Source of the DNA: an uncultured Acidimicrobiia bacterium
GTDB lineage: Bacteria > Actinomycetota > Acidimicrobiia > IMCC26256 > JAENVU01
Assembly (NCBI GenBank): GCA_963835005.1
Contig: CAWIEA010000005.1
Span: 44,069-108,068 of the forward strand
Length of the DNA: 64,000 nt
Reading direction: 5' to 3'
The first letter of the stretch is position 1; the number at the start of each line of letters is the position of its first letter. Position numbers and translations under genes: made by a program. The notes below the pieces were generated by a model, which ran no database searches, had not been told where the DNA came from, and saw only the letters and a program-made list of their open reading frames with translations. Of this stretch, positions 40,129 through 49,131 are shown one piece after another.

Positions 40129-40804
40129 GTGCTGAGCCAGGCCATGAGCTCCGTGCTCCCCGCCGCAGTCGGTGTCGCCCTCAGTCCGATCCCGATCGTG
40201 GCCGTGATCCTCATGCTCGGGACTCCGCGTGCCCGCATCACCGGCACGATGTTCGCGATCGGCTGGATCGCCGGGCTCGTGGTGGTCAGCGTCGTGGTGC
40301 TCGTGGTGTTCGGCGGCGCCGACGATCCGAGCAGCACGAGCGCCGACACGACCAATTGGCTGCAGGTCGGGCTCGGTCTCCTCCTCCTCGTGATGGGGCT
40401 CCGGCAGTGGCGCAAGCGACCCAAGCACGGGGAACCGCCCGAGATGCCGAAGTGGATGCGGTCGGTCGACCACTTCACCGGCGTGCGGGCGCTCGTCCTC
40501 GGCGTCGCGCTCTCGGCGGTCAACCCGAAGAACCTCGCCCTCACGCTCGCCGCGGCGGCATCGATCGCGCAGGCCGGGCTGTCCTCGGGCGACGATGTGC
40601 TCGCGGATCGCGATCTTCGTGGTGCTCAGCTCGGTGACGGTCGTCGGTGCGGTGCTGCTCTACCTGATCGGGGGCGAGCGGGCCGAGCGCCCGCTCGCGT
40701 CGATGCGCGAGTTCATGGCGCAGCACAACGCCGTGATCATGATGGTCATCCTCCTCGTGCTCGGGGCCAAGCTCATCGGCGACGGCTGGGCCGGCCTGGG
40801 CTGA
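40129..40804 (+). pseudogene. GAP-family (DUF2910-like) membrane protein, one frameshift near 40595
   Basis: It starts from GTG 40129 (or ATG 40144) in ORF 39838..40977: MSSVLPAAVGVALSPIPIVAVILMLGTPRA...NWLQVGLGLLLLVMGLRQWRKRP...AVNPKNLALTLAAAASI. The end is in ORF 40595..40804 (IAIFVVLSSVTVVGAVLLYL...VILLVLGAKLIGDGWAGLG). Confidence 0.6.
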
Positions 40805-40973
40805 CCGCCCGGCGACGAGCACGCCCGAAAGGCTTCGAGCAGGCCGGCTTGGCGAGGTCTTCACACGCAGCGCACCGTTCGCGGCGAATTCCTGGGTTCG
40901 CGTCACCCGGACCGGGGAACGACCTCGGGGAGAGCGTCGCCGCAACGTGCGGCCGGCGAGGGAGGAAGCCGCC

Positions 40974-43703
40974 GTGAAGATGCGGGCCGTGATTCTGGTA
41001 GTCGTGCTGGCGGTCGTCGCGGCCGGCTGCGACTGGTGGCAATGGGGCGGGAACGCGGAGCACCGGGGCGGCAACGCCGCCGGTGGCCTGACCACGGCCA
41101 CCGCGCCCTCGTGGGTCGCGTCGAAGGTCGTCGACCTCCAGCCGACCGGTCCCGTCGTCACCGCCAACGGTCTCGCGTTCGTGCAGGCGACCGATCGCAT
41201 CGTCGCGTTCGACCCGGCGACGAACGGCGTGGTCTGGAACGCGGCCCTTCCCGCCGGCTCGACGGTCGGCAGCACGCCGGCGATCAACGGTGCCGGCGCC
41301 AACAGCACGCTCTTCGTGGTGGTCTCGACCGCGGCCCGGCCCGTGCTCCTCGGCTACGACGTCGACGGGCTCCGCGGCTGCAACACGATGATCCGCCAGT
41401 GCTCACCGATCTTCACCGCCAACTTGGGCAACGCGCCCGGAGCGTCGACGCCCGTCCTCGTCAACGGCGGGCGGGTGTTCGCGCGCGGCGCCACGTCCCT
41501 GTTCGCGTTCGACGCGCTCGGCCAGACGAGCTGCACCGGTGGATCGAGCAACGCGACGTGCACGCCGCTCTGGTCGACGTCGACCGGCGGTGTCGTGAGC
41601 GGCGTCGGTCCATCAGCCTCCAACGGGGTCGTCTACGACCCGGAGACCGCGAGTGGCGCTCCGGTCCTCCGCGCCTACAACCAGACGAACGGCGCGTTGC
41701 TGTGGACCGGGACGCTCGGGGCCGCCGCAACCGCGACGCCGAGCGTCAGCCTCAACAACCGGGTGCTCGTCCCGGCCGGTGACCGCATCGAGGCGTTTCT
41801 CGCCGGCGGTTGTGGCGGCCCGACGTGCTCCTCGCCGTTCGCCCTGGCCCGGCGCGCCGGCGATCCCGCCGGGAGCTTCCTCTCCACGCCGGCGTACGAC
41901 GGCGGCACCGCCATCGCGACGAACGCCAACGGGACCATCTCGTGGTGGTCGACGAGCGACTGCGGCGCCGCCACGTGCGCACCGACGCGTGTCAAGACGG
42001 TGAACACACCGCTCGCCGGCTCGACCACCTACCGCCAGTCACCGATCCTGGCGAGCGGCATTCCGCTCGTCCTCACCCAGCGCGCGATCGGCGGCGCCGA
42101 CCACATCGTGCTCGTGGCGCTCGACCCGGCCACCGGCAACGACCTCAAGGTCTGGGACTTCGGCGCGGGGACGTTCGGCGCGGGCCTCGCCAATGCGTCG
42201 ACGGCGAACGAGGTGACCTACGCGCCGGTGGCGAACGCGCTGTTCGCAATCCGGGCGCCCGCGGTCCAGCCGCTTGCCGCGCTCTCGGTCTCTCCCCTCG
42301 CGCTGAGCCCCGCGTTCAGCCCGTCGACGTCCGACTACGTCGTCCGCTGTGCGGCCGGCACGAACTCGCTCACCTTCACGATGACGGCCCAGGCCGGCGG
42401 CACCGTCGCGCTGACGTCTCCGACGACGACGTCGCCTTCGGCGTCGCAGACCGTGCCCGTCGCCCTCACCCCGAACCAGGCCGCGGTCGTCCGCGCCACC
42501 GACCCGGCGGGGAACACCGCTTCGTACTGGGTCCGGTGCCTGCCGCCGGACTTCCCGACGATGGCCGTCGCGAAGCACCCTGCCGCGGGCACCGCGACCC
42601 CGGGCTGGTACCTGCTCGGCAACAACATCCTGCCGACCTCGGGTGGAACCTCGAGCTACGCGATGATCCTCGACACCAACGGGACGCCGGTCTGGTACAA
42701 GAAGTCGGCGCCTCCCGGGGTCAACGTCACGCCGACGCGTCCCGGTCACGTCGCGTTCGAGTCGACGGCGACCGCCACCGGGTACACCACCGACCCGAAC
42801 GCGACGTACGACGAGTACTCGCTCGCCGACGGCAGCGTGCAGCGCTACCGGGCGGTCGGGGTCCCACCGGACCTGCACGAGCTCAACGTGCTGCCGAACG
42901 GGCACCACATGGTCATCTCCTATGTGCTGCGCAGCGGCATCGACCTGACCGGCCTGAACACGACTCCTACGCCAGGCCCGAATTCGACGATCGCGGACTG
43001 CGTGGTCCAGGACGTCGACGCGGCAGGGAACCTCACCTGGCAGTGGACCGGCAGCGACCACATGGATGCGAAGACCGAGTCGCTCGCCTCGCCGTCCGTG
43101 GTGATCAACGGCCAGACGGTCTACGACGTCTTCCACTGCAACTCCGTCGACGTGAAGCCGAACGGAGACCTGCTGGTCTCGGCCCGCCACATGAACGCCG
43201 TGCTCGACGTCCGCCGCTCCGACGGCCACGTGATGTGGAAGCTCGGCGGCACGCCGGTCAACAAGGACAACGCAACGATCGTCCAGATCCAGGACGACCC
43301 CGAGAACGGGAACTCCTTGCAGCACGACGCTCGCTACATCGACGACACGCACGTCTCGATGTTCGACAACCACGCGGTCGGAGCGGACCCGAGCTACCCG
43401 GCGCGTGGCATCGAGTACGCGATCGACTTCTCGACGAACACCGCGCGCCCGTCGTTCTCCTACACGAACCCTGAGAACCTGCCCAGCTGCTGCATGGGGT
43501 CGTTCCGGCGTCAGCCGGACGGCCACCGGGTGATCGGCTGGGGCTACATGATCTCGAACGGCCGCGCCATGACCGAGCTGAACAACGCCGGGCAGTCGGT
43601 CCTCGACGTGTCGCTCGGCACCGGCAACGGCTCCTACCGGTCGATCAAGGTGCCGTCGTCGTTCTACGACGTCGATCAGCTGCGCGCCCGGGCCGGGACC
43701 TGA
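40974..43703 (+). CDS. lipoprotein: PQQ-like beta-propeller + cadherin-like beta-sandwich + arylsulfotransferase (ASST)-like C-terminal domain
   Basis: ORF 40947..43703 is intact at about 910 aa. GGAGGAAG lies 8 nt before GTG 40974. The signal plus lipobox is VVLAVVAAGC. The propeller-like N-terminal half has four C-x(4-8)-C-[STA]-P loops. LSVSPLALSPAFSPSTSDYVV is the cadherin-like beta-sandwich signature. The C-terminal half has ASST-like segments (ELNVLPNGHHM..., FHCNSVD, NSLQHDARYIDDTHVSMFDNH). Confidence 0.7.
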   Translation: MKMRAVILVVVLAVVAAGCDWWQWGGNAEHRGGNAAGGLTTATAPSWVASKVVDLQPTGPVVTANGLAFVQATDRIVAFDPATNGVVWNAALPAGSTVGSTPAINGAGANSTLFVVVSTAARPVLLGYDVDGLRGCNTMIRQCSPIFTANLGNAPGASTPVLVNGGRVFARGATSLFAFDALGQTSCTGGSSNATCTPLWSTSTGGVVSGVGPSASNGVVYDPETASGAPVLRAYNQTNGALLWTGTLGAAATATPSVSLNNRVLVPAGDRIEAFLAGGCGGPTCSSPFALARRAGDPAGSFLSTPAYDGGTAIATNANGTISWWSTSDCGAATCAPTRVKTVNTPLAGSTTYRQSPILASGIPLVLTQRAIGGADHIVLVALDPATGNDLKVWDFGAGTFGAGLANASTANEVTYAPVANALFAIRAPAVQPLAALSVSPLALSPAFSPSTSDYVVRCAAGTNSLTFTMTAQAGGTVALTSPTTTSPSASQTVPVALTPNQAAVVRATDPAGNTASYWVRCLPPDFPTMAVAKHPAAGTATPGWYLLGNNILPTSGGTSSYAMILDTNGTPVWYKKSAPPGVNVTPTRPGHVAFESTATATGYTTDPNATYDEYSLADGSVQRYRAVGVPPDLHELNVLPNGHHMVISYVLRSGIDLTGLNTTPTPGPNSTIADCVVQDVDAAGNLTWQWTGSDHMDAKTESLASPSVVINGQTVYDVFHCNSVDVKPNGDLLVSARHMNAVLDVRRSDGHVMWKLGGTPVNKDNATIVQIQDDPENGNSLQHDARYIDDTHVSMFDNHAVGADPSYPARGIEYAIDFSTNTARPSFSYTNPENLPSCCMGSFRRQPDGHRVIGWGYMISNGRAMTELNNAGQSVLDVSLGTGNGSYRSIKVPSSFYDVDQLRARAGT

Positions 43704-43785
43704 CGAGCGCCCGCCCCGGTGCGACCTCGGTCACCGCCGGCCACGGGTACGGACCTTGGCGAGCGACCGTCCCTACACTTGGGCG

Positions 43786-44508
43786 ATGGCCACTTCCCCC
43801 GTCGACGAGGCACAGCCGTTCTGGCCGAACCACGACCACTGGTCGGTCGAGATCCCCGGTGCCACGCCACACCCCCGCCTCGAGGTGATGGCGCCCCTGG
43901 GCGTCGTCCGGCTCCGTGACCTGACCGAGCCGATCCCGCCCCACGAGTACCTCGACCTCGAGTACATGGACTGGAAGAGCGGCGGCGACACGAACTTCGC
44001 GCCCATTGCCACCGCCGACGGCCAGCTCGACTGCCGCGGCTTCTGGAACCAGGGCGACGAGCGGCCGGACAAGGGCGCGACCTTCACGACCAATGCCGAG
44101 CAGTGCCCGACGATCAAGCGGTACGTCGAACGTGTCGGCGCGAGCTTCGGCCGCGTCCGCACGATCAAGCTCGAGCCGCAGGACCACGACACCGCGATTC
44201 GCAGCTTCCACCGCGACGACAACAACCGCTTCAACCCTGACGACGAGGGCTGGGTGGTCCGGTCGTGGCTGGAGCTCACCGACAACCCGGACAGCTACAT
44301 GCTGCTCATGGAGTCGGGGGCCGACGGCCTGCCGGACCCCGCGACCGAGATCCGGATGCCGCTGAACCGCGGCGCGCAGTTCGTCGTCGACACGCAGCGC
44401 CTCTGGCACGTCGTCGTCCACAACGGTGACGCACCGCGTTACACGCTCATCAGCTCTTTCGAGAGCAGTCCCGCGCTCGACCGCTGGATCGCGTCAGAGC
44501 TTCCCTGA
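43786..44508 (+). CDS. hypothetical protein, possible cupin/2-oxoglutarate-Fe(II)-oxygenase-like fold
   Basis: ORF 43756..44508 is trimmed to ATG 43786 (TACACT -10 lies 6 nt upstream). It is an intact, non-degenerate sequence. The HxD...H spacing (SFHRDDN ... LWHVVVHNG) is the only functional hint. Confidence 0.5.
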   Translation: MATSPVDEAQPFWPNHDHWSVEIPGATPHPRLEVMAPLGVVRLRDLTEPIPPHEYLDLEYMDWKSGGDTNFAPIATADGQLDCRGFWNQGDERPDKGATFTTNAEQCPTIKRYVERVGASFGRVRTIKLEPQDHDTAIRSFHRDDNNRFNPDDEGWVVRSWLELTDNPDSYMLLMESGADGLPDPATEIRMPLNRGAQFVVDTQRLWHVVVHNGDAPRYTLISSFESSPALDRWIASELP

Positions 44509-45812
44509 CGGGCGCAGGGGCGCCAGCTCCTCGGAGACCAGCCGCACGACCAGGTCGTCGAGGGACAGCACCGAGTAGTCGTCGACGTGGTGCGTGGTCG
44601 TGTCGCCGGGCTCGGGCGCACCCGCGGCGCCGTAGGTGAGGAAGCTGAAGCGACCGCCGGTCAGCTCGGCGAGCTGACGGAAGACGAACTCGCCCTGGTC
44701 GTCGAGCCCGCTCGATGCGATCGGCTCGACCAGGATGGCGCGCTTCGCCGCCTCGAACACCTCGACCGCGTAGTCGGCGTCGTCCGGGTAGTCGAGGTGC
44801 GGGGCCGCGTCGCCGACGAGGAAGGCGAGGCTGACGGTCTGCCCGCCCCGCCACGACGGCTTGTGGATCGCGTCGTGCAGCGCCGCGTTCACCGACTCCG
44901 GGGTGTCCCCACCCCCGTCCGCCACGACGGCACGGAGGGCGTCCTGGAACGCGCGGACGTCGGGCGTGAAGTCGAACGTGCGGGTGACGAAGGCGTCGCC
45001 CCGGTCGCGGAACACCGTCGTCGCGAACCGCACGTCGGGCGACCCGGGGAGCTCGGCCAGCCGATCCGAGATCGACACCACGTTCGCCTTCAGCTGGTCG
45101 ATCTCGTCGCCCATGCTCCCCGTCGCGTCGATCACGAACATCACGTCGAGAGCGAGCGGCCCCGGGTCGTCGACGGCGAGCGTCACCGGGACCTCGGGCG
45201 CGCCGGTGACCGGCGCCTCCGCGTGCATGCCGTCGCGCTCGACCTCGACGCGCCACGCGCCGGACGACTGCTGCGCGTCACCGGTCCGCGCGGGCGGGAA
45301 CACGAAGGCGCGGCCGTCGGCGTGCGTCCGGGCCTCCGCGACGACGCTGGCCCCCTGCAGCACCCGGACCCTCGCCCCGATCACCGGGTGTCCGCTCGCG
45401 TTCGTCACGCGCACGATGCGACGACCGCTGACGTCGACGTCGTGCACCTCGATTCCGGAACGCAGCGCCTCCTGGCGGTAGAGGAGGTAGTCCTCGAACC
45501 GCTCGTTGTCGTCGACGCTCCCCGCCCGCAGCGCCGCCGACGACTGCGGGTTGGTGACGGGCGTGTCGGGCGGCACCGCGGTGCCGGGCTCGGCGGCCCC
45601 GACGCTGCTGCTGGCGTCGCTCGTCATGGCCTCGCCTCCGGCGCCCCCGAACGAGGCCGCACGCTCGCGGCTCGGTTCGCCGTCGAGCCAGCGGCCACCG
45701 CCGTCTGCGTGATCCCCGGGCCCGGCGCCCGGCCCGGCGCACCCGGCGACCAGGGTCAGCGCGATCAGGCCTGCGGCCAGGGCCGCTCCTCGTGGACCGC
45801 GGATGGTGCGCA
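44494..45812 (-). CDS. lipoprotein with carboxypeptidase-regulatory-like and von Willebrand factor A (VWA/MIDAS) domains
   Basis: This is the C-terminal part of ORF 44494..47670 from ATG 45812. The signal plus lipobox is AAGLIALTLVAGC. It also has RIVRVTNASGHPVIGARVRVL, the MIDAS motif VIDATGSMGDEI, and GGGDTPES...FLVGDAPPH-like segments. It is intact. Confidence 0.8.
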
Positions 45813-46461
45813 TCTCGATTCCCCCCGGTTCGGGACCGTCAGGGGCTGAGACGACGCGACCGGCGCCTGCGGTTCCCACGTCGGCGGGATCGGGCTCGGG
45901 ACCGGCCTCGGGATCGGGGCCGGCCGGGCCCCGAGCGGCCTCCGGGCGTCGATGATCCGCAGACCGACGAGCCCGCCCACCAGGAGCGCGGCCCCGACGA
46001 TCGCCACCATGGCGACCGGGCTGCCGGCGTCGGTGCCGACGAGGAGGAAGTGGATCGTGACGGTGACGAGCAGGGCGAACGAGAGGTAGTGCACCCGGCG
46101 CCACATTCGCTTCGGCATCCGCCGCCGCAGCAGCGAGGTGATCTCCACCGCGAGCAGCAGGTACATCGACACGATCCCCCACGCCACCCACACCGGGTGC
46201 CACGAGGACGCGAGCGGGACGAGCACGTCGGTGATCCCGAACGGGACGTAGGAGTCGAGCACGATCGCACCGACGTGCACGCCGACGAAGACCACGGCGA
46301 GCCCACCCAGGAACCGGTGGAGGTCGGTGAGCCAGGCAGGCGTCACGCGGCCAGGACGCACCTTCGCCGACAGCAGCAGCCCCAGCACCACGCTCCCGAC
46401 GAGCAGCGACCAGGCCACGATGCCCGCCGGCGCGCGCCGCGTACCACCAGAGCTGGCTCAC
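45765..46461 (-). pseudogene. ferric-reductase-like transmembrane domain protein (MsrQ/YedZ-like, di-haem b), frameshift near 46425
   Basis: GTG 46461 shares a GTGA overlap with the apbE stop. VSQLWWYAARAGG continues in ORF 45765..46418 (VAWSLLVGSVVLGLLLSAKV...). It has six TM spans with four His (DLHRF, GVHVG, RVHYL, TIHFL). The last ~16 codons overlap the VWA gene start. Confidence 0.7.
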
Positions 46462-47409
46462 GGTCCCACCTCCACATCCGTCATCCCGCTGAGGTCGACG
46501 ACCTCGGCGACGTCCGCGAAGTCGTCCCAGCGGGCGGAGGTCAGAACGCCGTCGGGGACGAGGACCATCGCGGCGGCACCGAGGTCGTCGACCAGATCGA
46601 GCCCGTGGGCGGCGCCGAGGAACGCGGCTTTCGCCAGCACCTCGGCCTGCCAGCCCTGCGCGGCGACCGCGGTCGCCGCGAGCACCGGCGAGCGCGCGCT
46701 GGTGCCGGTCGACGGGTCGACGAGGTGGTGGCGCTCGTCGCCGTCGGCGGTCGTCCAGCGGCGACGCACGCGCGAGCTCGTCGCCACCGCACCGTTGCGC
46801 ACCTCGAGCGTCGCGACCGGGAGTCCGGTGACCGGGTGCTCGACCTCGATCCGCCACGCGTCGCCCGACGGTGCCGCACCGGCCACCCGGACGTCGCCGC
46901 CGACGTTGACGCACACGCCCGCGGCACCGAACCGCATGAGGTCCTCGGCGACGATGTCCGCGGCGAGGCCCTTGCCGATCCCGCCCGGGTCGAACCCGAC
47001 ACCATCGGGGATGCGGATGGTCCCGGCTTCGTCGTCGATCTCGATGCGGTGCGCGCCGGTGCACAGTGCGGACGTCTCCTGGGGCGCGCCGTCTTCCAGG
47101 CGCTCGAAGCTGTCGACGTAGCCGGCGCGCAGCACTGCCCCGAGCAGCGTCGGGTCGAAGCGGCCCGCGGTGACGCGATAGCCCTCGAGCGCGCGGCGCA
47201 CGAGGAGACGCGTCTCGGCCGACACGCGCCAGCGGCACTCCCCCGGCGCGGTTGAGCCGGCTGATCTCGCTGCTCGCGACGAACCGGCTCCATCGCCGTT
47301 CGAGGTGCACGAGCCGGCCACGCGCGATCTCGGGGAGCCCGCGCGGGCCGTCGACCACGGTGACCTCCGCGGTCGCACCCATCACCGCGAACGACGCGTC
47401 AGCTCGCAT
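46458..47409 (-). pseudogene. apbE: FAD:protein FMN transferase (ApbE family), one frameshift near 47240
   Basis: The N-terminus MRADASFAVMGATAEVTVVDG...LERRWSRFVASSEISRLNRAGG lies in the frame of ORF 44494..47670. The rest is in ORF 46458..47378 (GRFDPTLLG...GFDPGGIGKGLAAD...VNVGGDVRV...AVATSS...HHLVDPSTG). Confidence 0.8.
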
Positions 47410-47743
47410 GGCTGCTGGAGTCCGGCGACTGGCTCTGGGCGTCCGGGGACGAGGTGCCGGGCGCGCCCTGCGCGCCCCAGCGGTCACCGGATCCCCAGGG
47501 ATCCGTGGGCGCTCCCCACTCGTCGCCGTACCGGGACTGGTCGGAGCCCTGCGACCCGTCCGTCGCGGTCGACCCGCGGTCGGTGTCGGCCGAGCCGTGG
47601 TCGGTCCCGGTGGCGCCGCTGGTGCTCGACGTCGCCATGAACCCGCCGAGCCCGCAGAGCGCCGCGACACTGGCGGTGGCGACGACCTTGCGGGCCCGAC
47701 GGGCGGGATGGGGCGTTCGGGGGCTCGGGGTGGGCTGGGCCAT
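47399..47743 (-). CDS. small exported Ser/Thr/Asp/Gly-rich, probably disordered protein (copy A); carries an S-G-A-T motif
   Basis: ORF 47399..47743. GAGAGGAG is the SD. The signal is RRARKVVATASVAALCGLGGFMA, followed by TSSTSGATGTDHGSADTD...EWGAPTDPWGSGDRWGAQG...SSSHAS. Its stop region overlaps the apbE ATG by 11 nt. Confidence 0.55.
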   Translation of the reverse strand: MAQPTPSPRTPHPARRARKVVATASVAALCGLGGFMATSSTSGATGTDHGSADTDRGSTATDGSQGSDQSRYGDEWGAPTDPWGSGDRWGAQGAPGTSSPDAQSQSPDSSSHAS

Positions 47744-47785
47744 CGGGGCTCCTCTCGGACCGGGCCCGCGCAGCGTGATGAGCGA

Positions 47786-47829
47786 ACGTAAGAGCCAGCG
47801 GAGAACGTCCGGAGCGCCAGGTAAGAAGG
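47786..47829 (-). promoter_or_regulatory. pair of GTAAGA motifs (ACGTAAGAG-N24-GGTAAGAAGG on + strand) 43-86 nt upstream of small gene A; candidate response-regulator site / promoter
   Basis: GTAAGA occurs at 47788-47793 and 47821-47826, 33 bp apart. The same two motifs with the same spacing and the same distance to the start codon recur upstream of copy B. Confidence 0.55.
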
Positions 47830-47853
47830 CCGTCCCGAGGTCGGATCGACCGG

Positions 47854-48186
47854 TCAGCTCGCATGGCTGGTGGTGTTCGCGGTGGCGGACGTGCTGTGGG
47901 CCGACGAGCTGCTCGAGCTCGAGCCGTCCGCGGCGGACACCGACGTCGCGCTCCAGTCGGAGGAGTCCGACGACGGCGACACGTCAGTGGTGGTCGTGGT
48001 CGCCTGGGTGCTCTTCGAGCTCGTGGCGCGCTTCGTGCCGGCCGACGACGCGGTCAGCGTCGCGGGCGCCTGGCTGGCCATGAGGCCGCCGAGCCCGAGC
48101 ACCGCGACGACGCTCGCGCCGCCGACGATCCTCCGGGCCCGGAGCGCCGCGTGCCGGCGGCGACGTCGTGGTGTGGATCCGGCCAT
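47854..48186 (-). CDS. small exported Ser/Thr-rich, probably disordered protein (copy B, paralogue of 47399-47743)
   Basis: ORF 47854..48345 is trimmed to ATG 48186 (GGAGGAAG SD). The signal is [31 protein letters not shown], followed by an S/T-rich tail ending TTSHAS. The last 16 nt are identical to copy A. Confidence 0.5.
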   Translation of the reverse strand: MAGSTPRRRRRHAALRARRIVGGASVVAVLGLGGLMASQAPATLTASSAGTKRATSSKSTQATTTTTDVSPSSDSSDWSATSVSAADGSSSSSSSAHSTSATANTTSHAS

Positions 48187-48228
48187 GGCTTCCTCCGTCG
48201 GTTGGGGGTCGTGCCCACCCTCCGCTCC

Positions 48229-48297
48229 GGACGTAAGAGGCCGTCCAGAGGTGGCGGAGGCCGCGGTAAGAAGGCTTCCGGCGCGGGTCTTACGTCC
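48229..48297. promoter_or_regulatory. divergent control region: GTAAGA x2 (33-bp spacing) plus inverted TCTTAC; outer 10-bp inverted repeat GGACGTAAGA / TCTTACGTCC
   Basis: GTAAGA occurs at 48233-48238 and 48266-48271, and TCTTAC at 48288-48293. GGACGTAAGA (48229-48238) is the exact reverse complement of TCTTACGTCC (48288-48297). The latter sits about 30-40 nt upstream of the leaderless response-regulator start (TAACGT -10 at 48315-48320, ATG 48329). Confidence 0.55.
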
Positions 48298-48328
48298 CTC
48301 TCGCGTCGTCGCCGTAACGTGGCGAGCC

Positions 48329-49025
48329 ATGGCCACCGACACCACGGCCCGAGTGCTCGTCGCCGAGGACGACCGCAGCGTGCGCGAGTCCCTCGTGCTC
48401 GCGCTGAGCGTCGAGGGCTACGACGTCGAGGCCGTGCGCGACGGCGACCAGGCGCTCCAGTCGGTCGCCCGCGCCGTCCCCGACGTGATCGTGCTCGACG
48501 TGATGATGCCGATCCTCGACGGCCTGACCGTGTGCCGCCGGCTGCGCTCGCAGCAGTGCGAGACGCCGATCCTCATGCTCACCGCCCGCCACGAGGTCTC
48601 GGACCGGGTGTCCGGGCTCGACGCCGGCGCGGACGACTACCTCCCGAAGCCGTTCTCGCTCGACGAGCTGCTCGCGCGGCTGCGCGCGCTGCTCCGGCGG
48701 ACGAGCGTCTCGGGATCGGACGAGCAGCTCCGGATCGCGGACCTCACCCTCGACCCGCAGCGCCGCACCGCGTCACGAGGCGGCGCGCACGCTCGAGCTG
48801 ACGAAGACCGAGTTCGACCTGCTCGAGCTGCTGATGCTGAACACGGGCATCGTGCTCAGCCGCGAAACGATCTACGACCGCATCTGGGGCTTCGACTTCG
48901 AGACCGGGTCTCGCTCGCTCGACGTCTACATCGGCTACCTGCGCCGCAAGACCGAGGCCGGCGGCGAGCCGCGCCTCGTCCACACCGTGCGCGGCGTCGG
49001 GTACGTCGTGCGCGAGTCCTCGTGA
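48329..49025 (+). pseudogene. OmpR-family response regulator, one frameshift near 48785
   Basis: [22 protein letters not shown]...[14 protein letters not shown]...[26 protein letters not shown] lies in the frame of ORF 47870..49135. The winged helix is in ORF 48834..49025 ([32 protein letters not shown]...[11 protein letters not shown]). Confidence 0.85.
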
Positions 49026-49131
49026 GCGCGGGTGACGGCGTGAGCCGAGGACTGCACGCGACGCCCACACCCGAACGGGTCCGAGGCGGGGCCACCGCGG
49101 CCCGGCGACGGAGTCGCCGAGAGCGGGCCCG

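Noticed and set aside
44494-47670. Giant composite ORFs: 44494..47670 (1058 aa), 21591..24257 (888 aa), 29020..31806 (928 aa) and 23070..25001 (643 aa).
   Set aside because: Each is a chimera. Real coding segments of two or three neighbouring genes are joined through nonsense stretches where no stop happens to occur. I split them into VWA / MsrQ-like / ApbE, purK plus antisense, the GT-C fragment, and CoA-transferase plus SMP-30.
47484-47864. A 126-aa ORF starting MRAD, like ApbE, overlapping small secreted gene A.
   Set aside because: Only the first four codons resemble ApbE, because they belong to the duplicated 16-nt junction. The rest is Arg/Pro-rich and out of frame with gene A. It is a duplication scar, not a gene.
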